Shown here in pieces: positions 11,121 to 22,302 of a stretch of 64,000 nt of DNA. The position numbers and the translations under genes are program-made. The stretch's first letter is position 1, and every line of letters starts with the position of its first letter. The notes beneath the pieces were generated by a model. It ran no database searches. It saw only the letters and a list, made by a program, of their open reading frames with translations, and was not told the origin of the DNA. The stretch comes from Leucoraja ocellata (Eukaryota): positions 10,974,001-11,038,000 of the forward strand of contig JAWMAR010000007.1 of assembly GCA_036785375.1 (NCBI GenBank). Reading direction: 5' to 3'.

Positions 11121-11769
11121 GTAAGGAAATATCTGTCTGTGTTGTGCTGTGAGCGATAAAATCACATTAACAACTGTAAGAGGACATGAGATCCACTGAC
11201 AGCTGGAGCCAAGATCGGCCCAATCCATTGTAGGTTCCATTCCTTGCACCGGGCTTCCCTTGCTCAGCACTGCCCCTAGTGGTTGGAAAACAGTGCTGAT
11301 TCCAGCCAGGTTGCACGGAGCTCCCTGCAGCAGGATCAGAGATTCAGAACCATATTCACCTGCTGAACCTCCAGTCCCTGTGTCTGTGACATGGTCTGTG
11401 TTACAAAGATCCACAGACGGCTCTGGGGTATCATCCGTCTCTTTCATTCACATCGACTCCGGGATCCTGTATGTTCTCTCACTGAATATTACATAGAACA
11501 GTACAGCACAGGACCAGGCCCTTTGGCCCGCAATATCTGTGCAGAATATAATGGTTCTTTAAGTTAAACTAATATCATCTGCTGACACATGATCCATATC
11601 CCTCCATTCCCTGTAGATCCATGTGCTTCTCAAAGACACCGTCATATCTGCAAATATTTCACTGCAGTCTCCTAGATGTGTCCTTCCAATCCCCATTCAG
11701 ATGGACTCTATCTGCACACACCAACAGTGATTAATTCAATGAATTTAATACATTTTTTCCTTCTCCAAG

Positions 11770-12135
11770 TCCCAGCCACCATCCTGGAGCTGTTCGTTGT
11801 GAGTGACAATGTAACTGGAGAGCCCACCCTCATGTGCAGGGCTGAAGGGAAGCCCCCTGCAAACATCGTGTGGATCGGCCCAGGGAACGGTGCACTGCCC
11901 GTGACCAGTAATGAGATGACAGTCACACATGATCCAGAGAAACTACTGACTGTGGGAGAGCTGCTTCACCTCAGGCTGCCAGGGAAATACATGTGTGTGG
12001 CTGTGAATGAACACCAGATGGACACGCGTGAGATTCGCCTTTTCGAGGATGGACTAAGAGCGTTGGCCATTCGGGCTGCCATTTATGCCGTCTATTTTCT
12101 TATAATTGGCCTCACATTCTGCTGGTTGAAGAGAG
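11770..12135 (+). CDS. Ig C2-set + transmembrane exon, copy A (may read through to stop at 12234-12236)
   Basis: Acceptor ttttttccttctccaAG, phase 1. Encodes LMCRAEGKPPANIVWIGP..GKYMCVAVNEH (compare Siglec-15 LCTAEGEPPPALAWSGP..GRYTCTAANSLG, from memory), then TM ALAIRAAIYAVYFLIIGLTFCWL and KR. Weak donor G|GTGAAC. Confidence 0.88.
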
Positions 12136-12348
12136 GTGAACGTCTTCATCTCAGTTCCATTGCCGGTGTCAACAGGAGGGATGCTGCACCTCCAGTGACA
12201 GTGTCAGGTTCTTTTGTTGTAGATCAGGCAGTGTAACTTCGGAGATAAACAATGCTACATTCCCGCAGCTATGACCGTGTGTCTGTGGAGTACATGCAGC
12301 TGTCCTCACGTCAGTCTGAATCAGTGGCCCCTCCTTTGTTTCTTGTGC

Positions 12349-12354
12349 AATAAA
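12349..12354 (+). terminator. Candidate polyadenylation signal, copy A
   Basis: AATAAA 113 nt after the read-through stop; homologous to AATAAA at 48108 in copy B. Confidence 0.45.
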
Positions 12355-12769
12355 AACCAGCATTCCATTTGTCTTAACAACTGTTTACAATACCTGCACG
12401 CAAGTCTCGTGTTTCACGTGTACGTACCCAATGTTAGGGGAAAATGAAACGGCAAGTTATTATTTGATTGGTATGTGACTGCAATCCTTTTCTTAACTGT
12501 CTTCCACGTATCTTAACACCATCACCCTCATTCTACGGCCCACTGGTTCCTATTAGATTTCATTCCCCCAATATAAGTGCTATTTTGCATACCTACCTAA
12601 TTTTTGCAAACCTACCTGTGGTATTTGATTAAAGATCTTCTGAACATGCAGATACACTGCACCCACTCACATTTTCCTACCAATTACATTCTTGGAAACA
12701 AACTCCCAGCACAGCTGTCAACCATTGAATAAATAAAAATGCTTGCAGTTCTGATTTCCCCAGTACAGG

Positions 12770-13230
12770 AAGTGTGGGAAAGCTCTTTGGAGAGAATGCA
12801 GAAAAGGTTTACCATGATTAGAAAGTATGAGCTATGAGGAGAGGCTGGACATACTTGGATTGTTTTCTCTGGAGAGTCGGAGATTGAGGGAAAATCTGAT
12901 AGAAGTATAAAAATTCTATGAGGCAGAGATTAGGTAGACAGTCAAAACCTTTTCCCCAGGTAGAAATTACTAAGGCTAGAGGGTATAGTTTTGATACGAG
13001 GGGCAGGTTTTTTTTGACATGGGGTGATGGGGCCTGGAATGCCCTGACAGGTTTAGTGGAATCAGATACAATAGGGCATCTAAGAGGCAATTAGATAGAC
13101 ACATGGATATGCAGGGAAGGAGGGATGTGGATCACATGTAGGCAGAAGAGGTTAGATAACCAGTCATCAAATTTGGTAGGGACATGATGGGCTGAAGGGC
13201 CTGTTCCTGTGCTGTACTGTTCTATGTTCA
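12770..13230 (+). mobile_element. Old CR1 3' fragment (paralog about 48530-48990)
   Basis: Degenerate ERMQKRFT..SYEERL..GLFSLE region ending in ctgtactgttctatgttc. Confidence 0.8.
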
Positions 13231-13429
13231 GAAAAATACAAATTGATTTAATCTAATCCTTTGAAACTTTCAAAATGTGCTGTTATCACATGTATAGATT
13301 AAGCAAAATAAATGCTAATTGTGTGAGGCTAACTGGTGTGTAGTTTGTTTATTTCTCTCAAACATCATTTGTTGCATTTGACACTTGCCAACCTTCAGAA
13401 AACATTGCAGAAGATGTGAATTTGGGGCC

Positions 13430-13860
13430 ATTACGTCCAGTGCATTTTGCGGTGACAGGGGAAAGTGGCAGTGGAAAGGGAGACGTGAGTGTGAAGGGGA
13501 TGAGTGCACCTGGGTGCAGGGGCAAAGTGGTCTCTTGTCAAGGCAGAAATGGGAGGCGACATAAAGATAAGACCTGGGGTGGGCATCGTGTTGAAATTGA
13601 TGGAAATATCATAGAATGTTCTCGTGGATGTGGAGGCTGGTGGGGTAAATGATAAGGTCCAGGGAACCCTAAACCTGTTCTGCCTGGGGGAAGGGTGGGG
13701 TGGTGGTGGGGGGGGGGGGGGGGGGGGGGGCTGTACGAATGGAGGAGACACAGGTGAGGGCATCATCCACAACTGTGGGGTGTGTGGGGCAACCATGTTT
13801 CCTCTAAGGAGATCTCCTAGAGTGGAAATCACCCATCTTGAAATCATCTCAAGATGAGGA
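13430..13860 (-). mobile_element. Penelope-like retroelement fragment
   Basis: Reverse strand resembles the degenerate 3' region of elasmobranch Penelope-like elements (ctttacccc accagcctccacatcc.. pattern); recognised from memory only. Confidence 0.5.
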
Positions 13861-13864
13861 GATC

Positions 13865-14595
13865 ACAATCAATCAACCACAATGATACTTTATTAGCCAA
13901 GTATGTTTTGCAACATACAAGGATTTTTAATTTGCCAAGTCAGTCATATAAATAAAAAGCAATGGAACACACAAAATACATTTTAACATAAACATCCACC
14001 ACAGTGACTCCTCCACATTCCTCACTGTGATGGAAAGCGAAAAAAATTCCATCTCTTCCCTTTGTTTTCCCGCGGTCGGGGGACTCAAGCCCTCCGCTGA
14101 CGGGACGATCTTGACTCCCGTAGCCGGCGGCATTTGGGCCTCCGCATGATCAGCTCCTGTGTCAGTGGGGGGTGTCAGATTGGACCCCCGAGTTGGGGCT
14201 GGTCGAACCTCTACGTCTTTGGAGCTCCCAACTCGGCCTCTCTCGAGATTGCGAGCTCGATGGTAAAGTCCACAGGCCACGATTGGAATGATCCCAGGCA
14301 AGGGATCTGGTTTGATCTTAAGTCCACGCCCCGCAGAGGGGCTCCAAAGTGAGTCCGAGGAGGCCTCCAGCTCCACTGATGTTAGGCCGCAGAGCGACCG
14401 GAGATACGACCCGGAAAACATCGCATCTCCGGCAAGGTAAGAGACTGAAAAAAAAAGTTTCTCCCGACCGCTTCCCCCTCCCCCCACATAAAACAAACCG
14501 GAGAACATTTATACAATCTTTTAAAACACACAAATATTTTAAAAAGGCCGGAAAAGCAGACAAGACTGTTGGCGAGGCTGCCAATCGTGCACCAC
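13865..14595 (-). mobile_element. Short non-autonomous retroelement with microsatellite tail (family also at 16850-17500 +, 28565-29452 -, 49628-50360 -)
   Basis: Shared 5' motif cctcgccaacagtct, shared ccttccatcacagtgaggaa..gtggtggatgtt block, and (ATTG)n or (ATTGT)n tails. Confidence 0.65.
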
Positions 14596-15108
14596 CCCTG
14601 GTGGAACAGGCAGTATGGGTTTGGGGAGTTGTCAGGTTGGTGGTTTTCATGGAAAGTGATGGGATGTGTTATGGGATGGGAGACAGAGGTCTGCTGGCTG
14701 TTCGTAGGTCACTATACAAGGAGGTGTTCAAAGAGCTGTCCTGTGGACACACCAAGGATGAATGGAATAGATCTATCTCCACCCCACCATTGCACCCTTC
14801 TTCACTGCGGCCCTGTGATATCTCGGCTCTGACAATTCAAGGGACCTAACCAGTAACAACACTAAGAGCAGCCTCAGGCAGCTGCACTCCCCAACTCGAA
14901 TCTGAGCTTGAAAAATCTGGTGATGGGTCAGATGTCCCGCGGGTCATATTTTGGAGACTCCTGCCTTACAAGAACAAAAACAAAAATGTACAGAAGTACA
15001 AATATTGATGACTTTATCATTATGGTAAATATACATCTATTTTTTTTAAATCTAATAACTTTCTAATATACCGACAAACCTAGACAGAAAATAATAATAT
15101 ATCCTCAC

Positions 15109-15218
15109 CTTTCTTTGTTATTGGGGAACCTGTAGAAAGACAGGTAGGGTCGTCTACATTAACGATTAGAGCAATTTATAGCAGAACAGTGAGCTCTGGT
15201 TGTAGATGTGGACGCCAT
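15109..15218 (-). pseudogene. THAP zinc-finger first exon remnant (DNA-transposon derived)
   Basis: Hand translation MASTSTTRAHCSAINCSNR*CRRPYLSFYRFPNNKER then donor GTGAGG. CxxxxC..LSFYRFP is the THAP N-terminal signature. One in-frame TAA. Confidence 0.72.
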
Positions 15219-15839
15219 GACAATATCGAGTCAGCCCATTAAAATGGCATGAACAATCACCCATGATGTACCACGCTTTTTTCGCTGAGTGGCGTATCTT
15301 GCTCCGCTCTATGATCTTTGGGCAGGAAGGAGGGAGGACGGGAGAGAGCCAGTGGGTTTCCAAGGGGCACGGGAGACGGCCGGTGAGGCGATCAGCGAGT
15401 GTAGCCGCCTCTCTGGCCCGGTGACACGGGGTCGGGCCTCGGCCTCCTGCGCTGTCGGTGTGGAGCTCGCAACCTTCTCCCCGCCAGCGATCTGCGCTTC
15501 CTTCCTTCCTACACACACGAGTCGATGGCTCACTGTTATTAATGATCTCCGTGATAATGCCTGGCAGAAACAGGACCTTCGGCCCACCGTGTCCATACTG
15601 GCCATCAGGAAACCATGTACATTGTGTGTAGTAATTTCACAAACCAAGGAGCGGTCTTGACCTACCATAAACCTCATTAGAGACTCTCGAACTATCTTTA
15701 ATTGGACTTTACTGGAATTTACCTTGCACTAAAGGTTATTCCCTTTATCCTGCATGTGTACACTGTGGACAGCTTGAGTGGGATCATGATCATGTATAGT
15801 CTATTTTGCTGACTGCTTTTTTGCTTAACATATGATAGG

Positions 15840-16720
15840 TTTACAAGAATGATCCCAGTAATGAGTAGGTTAACACATGATGAGCATTTGATGCACTGGG
15901 CCTGTACTCGCTGGAGTTTAGAATAATGAGGAGGGGACCATCATTGAAACAAAAAGAATAATGAAAGGCTTGGATAGAGTGGATTTGGAGTAGATGTTTC
16001 CAATAGTGAGAGACTCCAGGACTAGATATCATAGCCTCAGAATTAAAGGCCATTCCTTTAGGAAAGAGATGAGGAGGAATTTATTTAGACAGAGGGTGGT
16101 GAATCTATTGAATTCTTTACCACATGAGGCTGTGGAGGTCAAGTCAATGGATATTTTTAAGGCTGAGATAGATAGATTCTTGATTAGTACAGGTCTCAGA
16201 GGTTAGGAGAAGGCAGGAGAATGGGGTTAGCAGGGAGAGATAGAACAGCTGTTAGTTCTCTCCGCGCTATCAGACAACAAACCACATGAGTAACTTTCAG
16301 AATGTAACAATTCCTCTTTATAATGCATGCGGGAGTGGGAGAGCAACTATGAGTACGGTTAAATACTCGTTGCCTCTTGCAGTCCCACTCAATTGTTCTG
16401 TTCACAGGCAGTATATGTATAGATGAATATTCCCCGGTCCAGCTAATCTCACAGCTAACCACACAGTTAGCACATTCCTTATTGTATAGAACAGACTTGT
16501 GTTTCTCAAGACATTTTGCAATTCTGCAAAACCACTAATTCATTAGCTAGCAATTCTAAGTAAATAAAACAGGCTCACCATGTGAAACATGTAATCTGCA
16601 TGTGTACATTAACTCTTAAACCCCCATCCTCCTCTCCACAGCCATGATTGAATGGTGGAGTAGACTTGATGGGCTGAATGGCCTAATTCAGCTCCTATTC
16701 CTAAGGACCTTATGACCTTA
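15840..16720 (+). mobile_element. CR1 3' fragment interrupted by a solo LTR
   Basis: FTRMIP..GLYSLEFR..HSLRIKG..RVVNL motifs; paralog at 53440-53848. Confidence 0.85.
16250..16638 (-). mobile_element. Solo LTR (389 bp)
   Basis: Starts TG, ends CA, 4 bp TSD CAGC (16246-16249, 16639-16642). The paralogous site near 53765 is empty (gatagatcagccatgattg). Orientation is tentative. Confidence 0.8.
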
Positions 16721-17714
16721 TGACTGGATAACATACAACACCAAAAAATAACTTTATATTGGTTCACGTGGCAATAGCTGAGCTAAAGAAAGGCATTGCA
16801 GATGCTGATTAATACAATTAATACTGATTAATTAAGACACAAAGGACACAGTCTCGCCAACAGTCTGTCTGTCCTTTTGTCTTTGTTTGTGATATTTTTA
16901 GTGTGTTTTAAAGGCTTGTGTGAATGCTCTCTGGTGTGTTTTATGTGGGGGTGGGGGAGGAGGTTGGGGGAAACTTTCTTTCAATCTCTTACCTTGCAGG
17001 AGATTGTATCTCCGGTCACTCTGCGGCCTAACATTGTGGAGCTGGAGGCCTCGCTCAGGACTAATGAGCTCCACCGTCGGGCCATGGACTTACCAACAGA
17101 GTCAATTCCTTGCCTGGGATCAATGATCCAACTGCAGTCTGCAGACTTTAACATCAAAGATATCACAGTCTCGGGAGAGACCGAGTCGGGAAGCTCTAAT
17201 GAAGCAAGAAGGTTTGACCAGATCGCCTGGCATGGGGAGCTGACATCCCCCCCGATGCAGGAGCTTGATCGCCCCAACGAGGAGGCTCGCCGCCGGCTAA
17301 TCGAGTCAAGATCGTCCCGTCAACGGAAGTCTCGAGGCCCCCTACTGTGGTAGAACAATGAACGGAAGAGATTGAAATTTTTCTTCGCCTTCCATCACAG
17401 TGAGGAACTTGTGGTGGATGTTCATGTTAGACTATAGACATAGACAATGTAATAAAATATGTTTTGTGTGTTCTGTTGCTTTTTATTAGTATGACTAATT
17501 TTGGGTTAGGACCTTAACTCAGAAGAAGAAAGTGCAGTCTTCAGAAGAAGGGTTTTGACCTGAAACAACAGCTATCCATGTTCTCCAGAGATGCTGCCTG
17601 ACCCGTTGAGTTATTCCAGCATTTTGTGACCCATGTTGACTGATCCTGTTCCCTGCACATTCCCATCAACTCTTCCCCAGATTCATCGCCTCACGGACAA
17701 TTCAAGAGAATTAA

Positions 17715-18400
17715 GAATGTTTTATTGTCATATGTACTGAAAAGGAACAATTAAATTCTTACTTGTAGCATAGCAGGTTTGTAAACATTGCACCCAACAG
17801 AAAATATAACAAACAAAAAACATTCAATTAATAAAATAGACAAAGTAGAATAGCAAAAACTAAACAAAGCTCAAAGACCCTGGAACTCTGCTGAGTTTGG
17901 AGTTTAGTCGGCAATCCTAGTGTTCGGCACGGTCTAGAAGGGCCAAGATGGCCTGTTTCCGTGCTGTAATTGTTATATGGTTATATGGTTATATAATAGT
18001 CTAATGGTTGTTGGGAAGAAGCTGTTCCTGAACCTGGACATTAGTTTTCAGGTTCCTGTACATTGGTCCTGATGGCAGGAGTGAAAGGAGAGCATGGCCA
18101 GTCTGGTGTGGGCCCTTGACTTTGCTCGTTGCCTTTTTGAAACAGTACTTCTTATAGATCCCTTCGAAGGTGGGGAGGTCAGTACCTTTGATGGACCGGG
18201 CAGCGTTCACCACTTGATGTAATGTCCTTTGTTTCCGGGTGTGCGAGTTGCTGAACCAGGCAGTGATGCAACCAATCAATGTGCTCTCTACCGTACACCT
18301 GCATTCGTCGACATACCAAATCTCCCCAATCTTCTAAGGAAGTAGAGATGTTTATGGGCATTCTTTATGATTGCATTAATTTGCTGGGTCAAGGACAGAG
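17715..18400 (-). mobile_element. Rex1/Babar-type LINE 3' fragment
   Basis: ORF 18001-18279 GCITAWFSN..LHQVVNAARSI..LLPSG matches the Rex1 ORF C-terminus. Confidence 0.75.
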
Positions 18401-19218
18401 ATCTGCACACCCAGCAACCCAGGAAATTTGTTGGATTTTTTTGAAGAAGATGGGTTTATGGATCCACGGATTTCCCAGGGTCCACACACAAACTCACCCA
18501 ACAACCTGTGTATCTTTGGGTGCAGTTTGACCTGGTTTCTTCCCATATCCCAGGGTATCACAGATTAGGATTGGACTCTGGTCTCTGGAGCTGTTCAGAG
18601 TTTGTTCTACTCATGCAACATTAATTTGTCCCTCTAATAGGTGAGTGGTAAAATCGTAGATGTGGAGGTGAGGTGTTGGAGTTGATGCAGATGTGGGCAG
18701 ATTAAAATGAGTCCCACAGTTTTTTGTCTCCATTTTACTGATCCACTGTGAAATCTATTCAAAATTTCCCTCTGGGAGTTCTGTGAATTCTTGCACCTTT
18801 TAGCTCAGGGACTCCAGTCACCCACAGACAGGAGACAACTGGAAGACAGTTGACTGGACCTTGATGCTGTTATGTGAGCAGCTACACCTTCTGTGGGACT
18901 TCTGGGACCTGGTTCCAATCTACAGTTTGTTTGTTGGGTGTAAATTTTGCAGCATAGGTTGGAGATCTGAACCAGAGGGTGACACCCTCATTGCATCTGC
19001 CAGTTCCACTCAGATTCAGCAAGGATGGAGACTGGATGACTGAAATGCAGTGTGTCAAAATGGACTTTGCCATTTGATGCTGGCTGACAATTCTTGCAAA
19101 GTCTCTGGAGCCCTTTTACACTCTGTGTTAACTGCACAACTCAGAAAACGGCAGGAAGCAGCAAGGAGTCTTGGTCCCACCGAACCTAAAGGATTCGAAG
19201 GCTCAATAAGAGAAGTGA

Positions 19219-19259
19219 ATGTTTTTGATTTGCCTTTGCACTGCCTGTCTCCACTGATC
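19219..19259 (+). pseudogene. Inactivated paralog of the signal-peptide exon
   Basis: Homologous to 30327-30375 with flanks (about 18975-19389). 8 nt shorter, frameshifted to TGA, donor GTAAGT changed to GTACAA. Confidence 0.8.
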
Positions 19260-19389
19260 GTACAAATATTTTAATACAGAGCAGCAGTTGGTTTTCTGGC
19301 TGCTTCACTGTGAGTGAAACATATATCTATGAGATAGACTGGGCTGTCCACGGCAATGGAGCAAAATCAGTCTTTTGATGCTATACTTA

Positions 19390-21457
19390 AACCCCTTTTT
19401 CACGGGGCGACTTGATGCAAGAGTTAACCAAAGTTGAACATCGTGGGAACCTCTTGCGATAACCGTATGGCATTCGTGGACCACCGTGGCGCTAACGGCA
19501 GGTACTCGTGTAACTTGGGTACTCGGGAGAAAATTCAAACAAGCTTGAATTTCTCCAAGAGTGACTTGTACACTTGTGGTTGAACATTGCAACATTATGC
19601 GGACGTAGTTTATATTGCAACATTATGCTCATTATCCGTACTGACTCTTGCGTGTACCGTGGGAACTCCTGCGAACGGTGAACCCGGAAGCTGGACAGAG
19701 GGGACAGAAGGCGAGTAAAAATTGTCTTCTGTGGGATTGAATTAAAAGAATAAAGATTTGAATCCGGATATGGACATCAACTTATTCATGAGTTATGTTA
19801 ATGTGATTCAAGAAAATAACTATAATCTTTAAAAGGGACTTTACTGAAAGGTCCCGCATTTTTATGGTCCGTGAGACATTTTTCACATGTACTTCTTTGA
19901 GAGATACAGCTCGGAGTCCTCGCCGACCAGCGATCGATGCCTTTCCGAAGCAGGGTCCGGAACGCTACCAATCAATGTTCTCCAGATACCTGTGTAAAGG
20001 AGCGAACTGCACATGCTGGTTTAAAACGAAGACAGACACAAAAAGCTGGAGTAACTCAGCGAGTCAAGCAGCATCTCTGGAGAAAAATAGGTGATGTTTC
20101 GGGACGAGACACATCTTCAGACTCAATTCCGATTAGGATGTCTGAAGAAGGGTTCCGATTCGAATCGCCACCTATACTTTTTCTCCAGAGATGCTGCCTG
20201 ACACGCTGACTTACTCCAGCTTTTTATGTTTTTCTTCCCAGATCTGACTTACCTGCTGAGTTACACCAACATTTTGTGTCTGTGTTCACTATGAACATTG
20301 AATTAATTAATTTTAGGTAACTTACACTCTCTCTCCCCCGCCCACCCCCTCCTGCCCACCCACCCACCCCCCCCCCCCCCCCCCCCTCCCCCATGCAGTA
20401 ATTGTCGGTTAACTAGTCCAAGGTTTGCAACGCTGGTTCCCTCTTGGGATCACACTATCCCTAGCCAACAATTGGCCTATCAGGGAACCAAATATAGACA
20501 TAAAGTGCTGGAGTGACTCAGTGGGTCAGGCAGCATCTCTGGAGGAAAGGGTTAGGTGACATTTCGGGTTTGGACCCCTCTTCAAAATACCCTGCTGAGG
20601 TCATCTGTTGTTGGCCCTGATTTGACCCGGTCTTTTCTTGATTCCAGTTCCCCCCTACAATCATCCCGAAGAAGGTTCCGACCAAAAATGGAATCTATTC
20701 CTTTTCTCCAGAGATGCTGCTTGGCCCGCTGAGTTACTCCAGCATTTTGTGTCTAACTTGCTGATTCAGACAGTTTTTGATTTACTCTGAAACACACATT
20801 GGAAATTTAAACTTGGGCGCAACTAACATCGTCTTACTACCGTGGGAACTCTTTAACTAAGCGGGAAGGCAGCAGTTAATTGTTGCTCCCTTCAGTTTCC
20901 CAGGGGGTCGGGACGGGACTGGAGTTGGGAGGGAAAGGTGGGGGAGTCGAGGGAGAGGAGGGGGAGACAGATGGGGGTGTCTTCATTTACTGGCGGCGGG
21001 TGTCTGTCACTGAAACAGGCTGGTGAGATTTCACATCCAACTTGCGTGTGCCTCTCTCTCTCTCTCTCTCTCTCCCTCCCTCCCTCTCACACAGGCATGA
21101 CTGGAGGAACTCCACGGGCCAGGCAGCATTTACAGAGGGAAATGGACAGGCGGCCCATTCTTCAGGCTGCCTTATGTCTCTCTCCCCCCCCAACTCCCAC
21201 CCACACACGCGAATGCTGGAGAAACTCAGCGGGTGCAGCAGCATCTATGGAACGAAGGAAATAGACAACGTTTCGGCCCCGCTGCACCCACTGCACCGGC
21301 TGAGTTTCTCCAGTATTTGTGTGTGTGGGTGGGAGTTGGGGGGAGGGAGGGGAGAGAGACATAAGGCAGCCTGTAGAATGGGTCGCCTGTCCATTTCCCT
21401 CCGTAGATGCTGCCTGGCCCGCGGAGTTCATCCATTCATGCCTGTGTGAGTGGGAGG

Positions 21458-21488
<31 letters not shown>

Positions 21489-22136
21489 GCACACACAAGG
21501 TGGATGTGAAATCTCACCTGCCTGTTTCAGTGACAGACACCCACCGCCACTAAATGAAGACACCCCCATCTGTCTCCCCCTCCTCTCCCTCGACTCCCCC
21601 ACTTTTCCCTCCCAACTCCAGTCCCGTCCCAAGTTCGGTCTGTGAAACGCAACACGCCAGCCCTGACAACCAGCCCGGTGGTCAGTGCCTCTCTCTCTCT
21701 CCCTCCCTCCCTCTCACACAGGCTGAGAGACTCTGCCTCTGTGAGTGTACGTCTATTTCTCCCCCTCTCCCACACACAGTAAAGACCGAGTAACTGTGCT
21801 CACTCCATCTGTGTCTCCCACATACACAGTAAAACTCTGCTTTGTGTGTGTATATACCAATTCAACAAAGGGAGGATATTTATAGTGTGTGAAAAAAAAG
21901 TGACATCATTTGTGCCACGTGATGATTTAATTACACTTGACAGTTATTACAATGTCATTCAAGATTTAACGGGAAAGCTCGGGAGACGGACAAGTCACTC
22001 GCACAAATAACAGAAATGCCGAGTACCTTGGGGACTCTTTGTCTACCCCCCCATTATATCGTGTGATATCGTGCTAGACCATGACCACTTCACTCTGGCT
22101 ACATCTTGCGTCAAGTCGCCCCGTGAAAAAGGCCTA
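19390..22136. mobile_element. Large non-autonomous PIF/Harbinger-type DNA transposon (2.75 kb)
   Basis: TIRs cctttttcacggggcgacttga.gcaaga / tcttgcgtcaagtcgccccgtgaaaaagg, TTA TSD (19387-19389, 22137-22139). The joined flanks match the uninterrupted paralog at 30495-30550. Confidence 0.85.
20910..21630. repeat. Long inverted repeat (arms about 330 bp, spacer about 50 bp)
   Basis: gggacgggactggagttggga.. at 20910 is the reverse complement of ..tcccaactccagtcccgtccc ending 21630. ORFs 20938(+) and 21632(-) give near-identical translations. Confidence 0.92.
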
Positions 22137-22302
22137 TTAGAATGAGAGGCAGAAGTTCAAAAAGGGAATATGTGTGTGAATATGTGAATCCCGACCTGAA
22201 ACGTTGTCTGTTTATTCCCTCCACAGTTGATGCCTGACCTGCTGAGTTCGCCAGCACTTGGATTTTGTTTGAAACTAAAATTAATGATGGGTTAGTGTAT
22301 GT

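Larger units (their letters stand above)
1..14750 (+). repeat. Segmental duplication block, copy A (paralog of 34727-50505)
   Basis: Base 1 (gtacgcaatactccagg) matches 34727. ORFs recur with a 34726 bp offset (211 vs 34937; 2574 vs 37300). Colinear through the V exons and TEs to about 14750. Confidence 0.97.

Noticed and set aside
4757-11200. V exons as rearranging Ig/TCR/IgNAR V segments
   Set aside because: Each exon includes the G strand and ends in a splice donor. I saw no CACAGTG heptamer/nonamer RSS, no FGxG J motif and no per-V leader.
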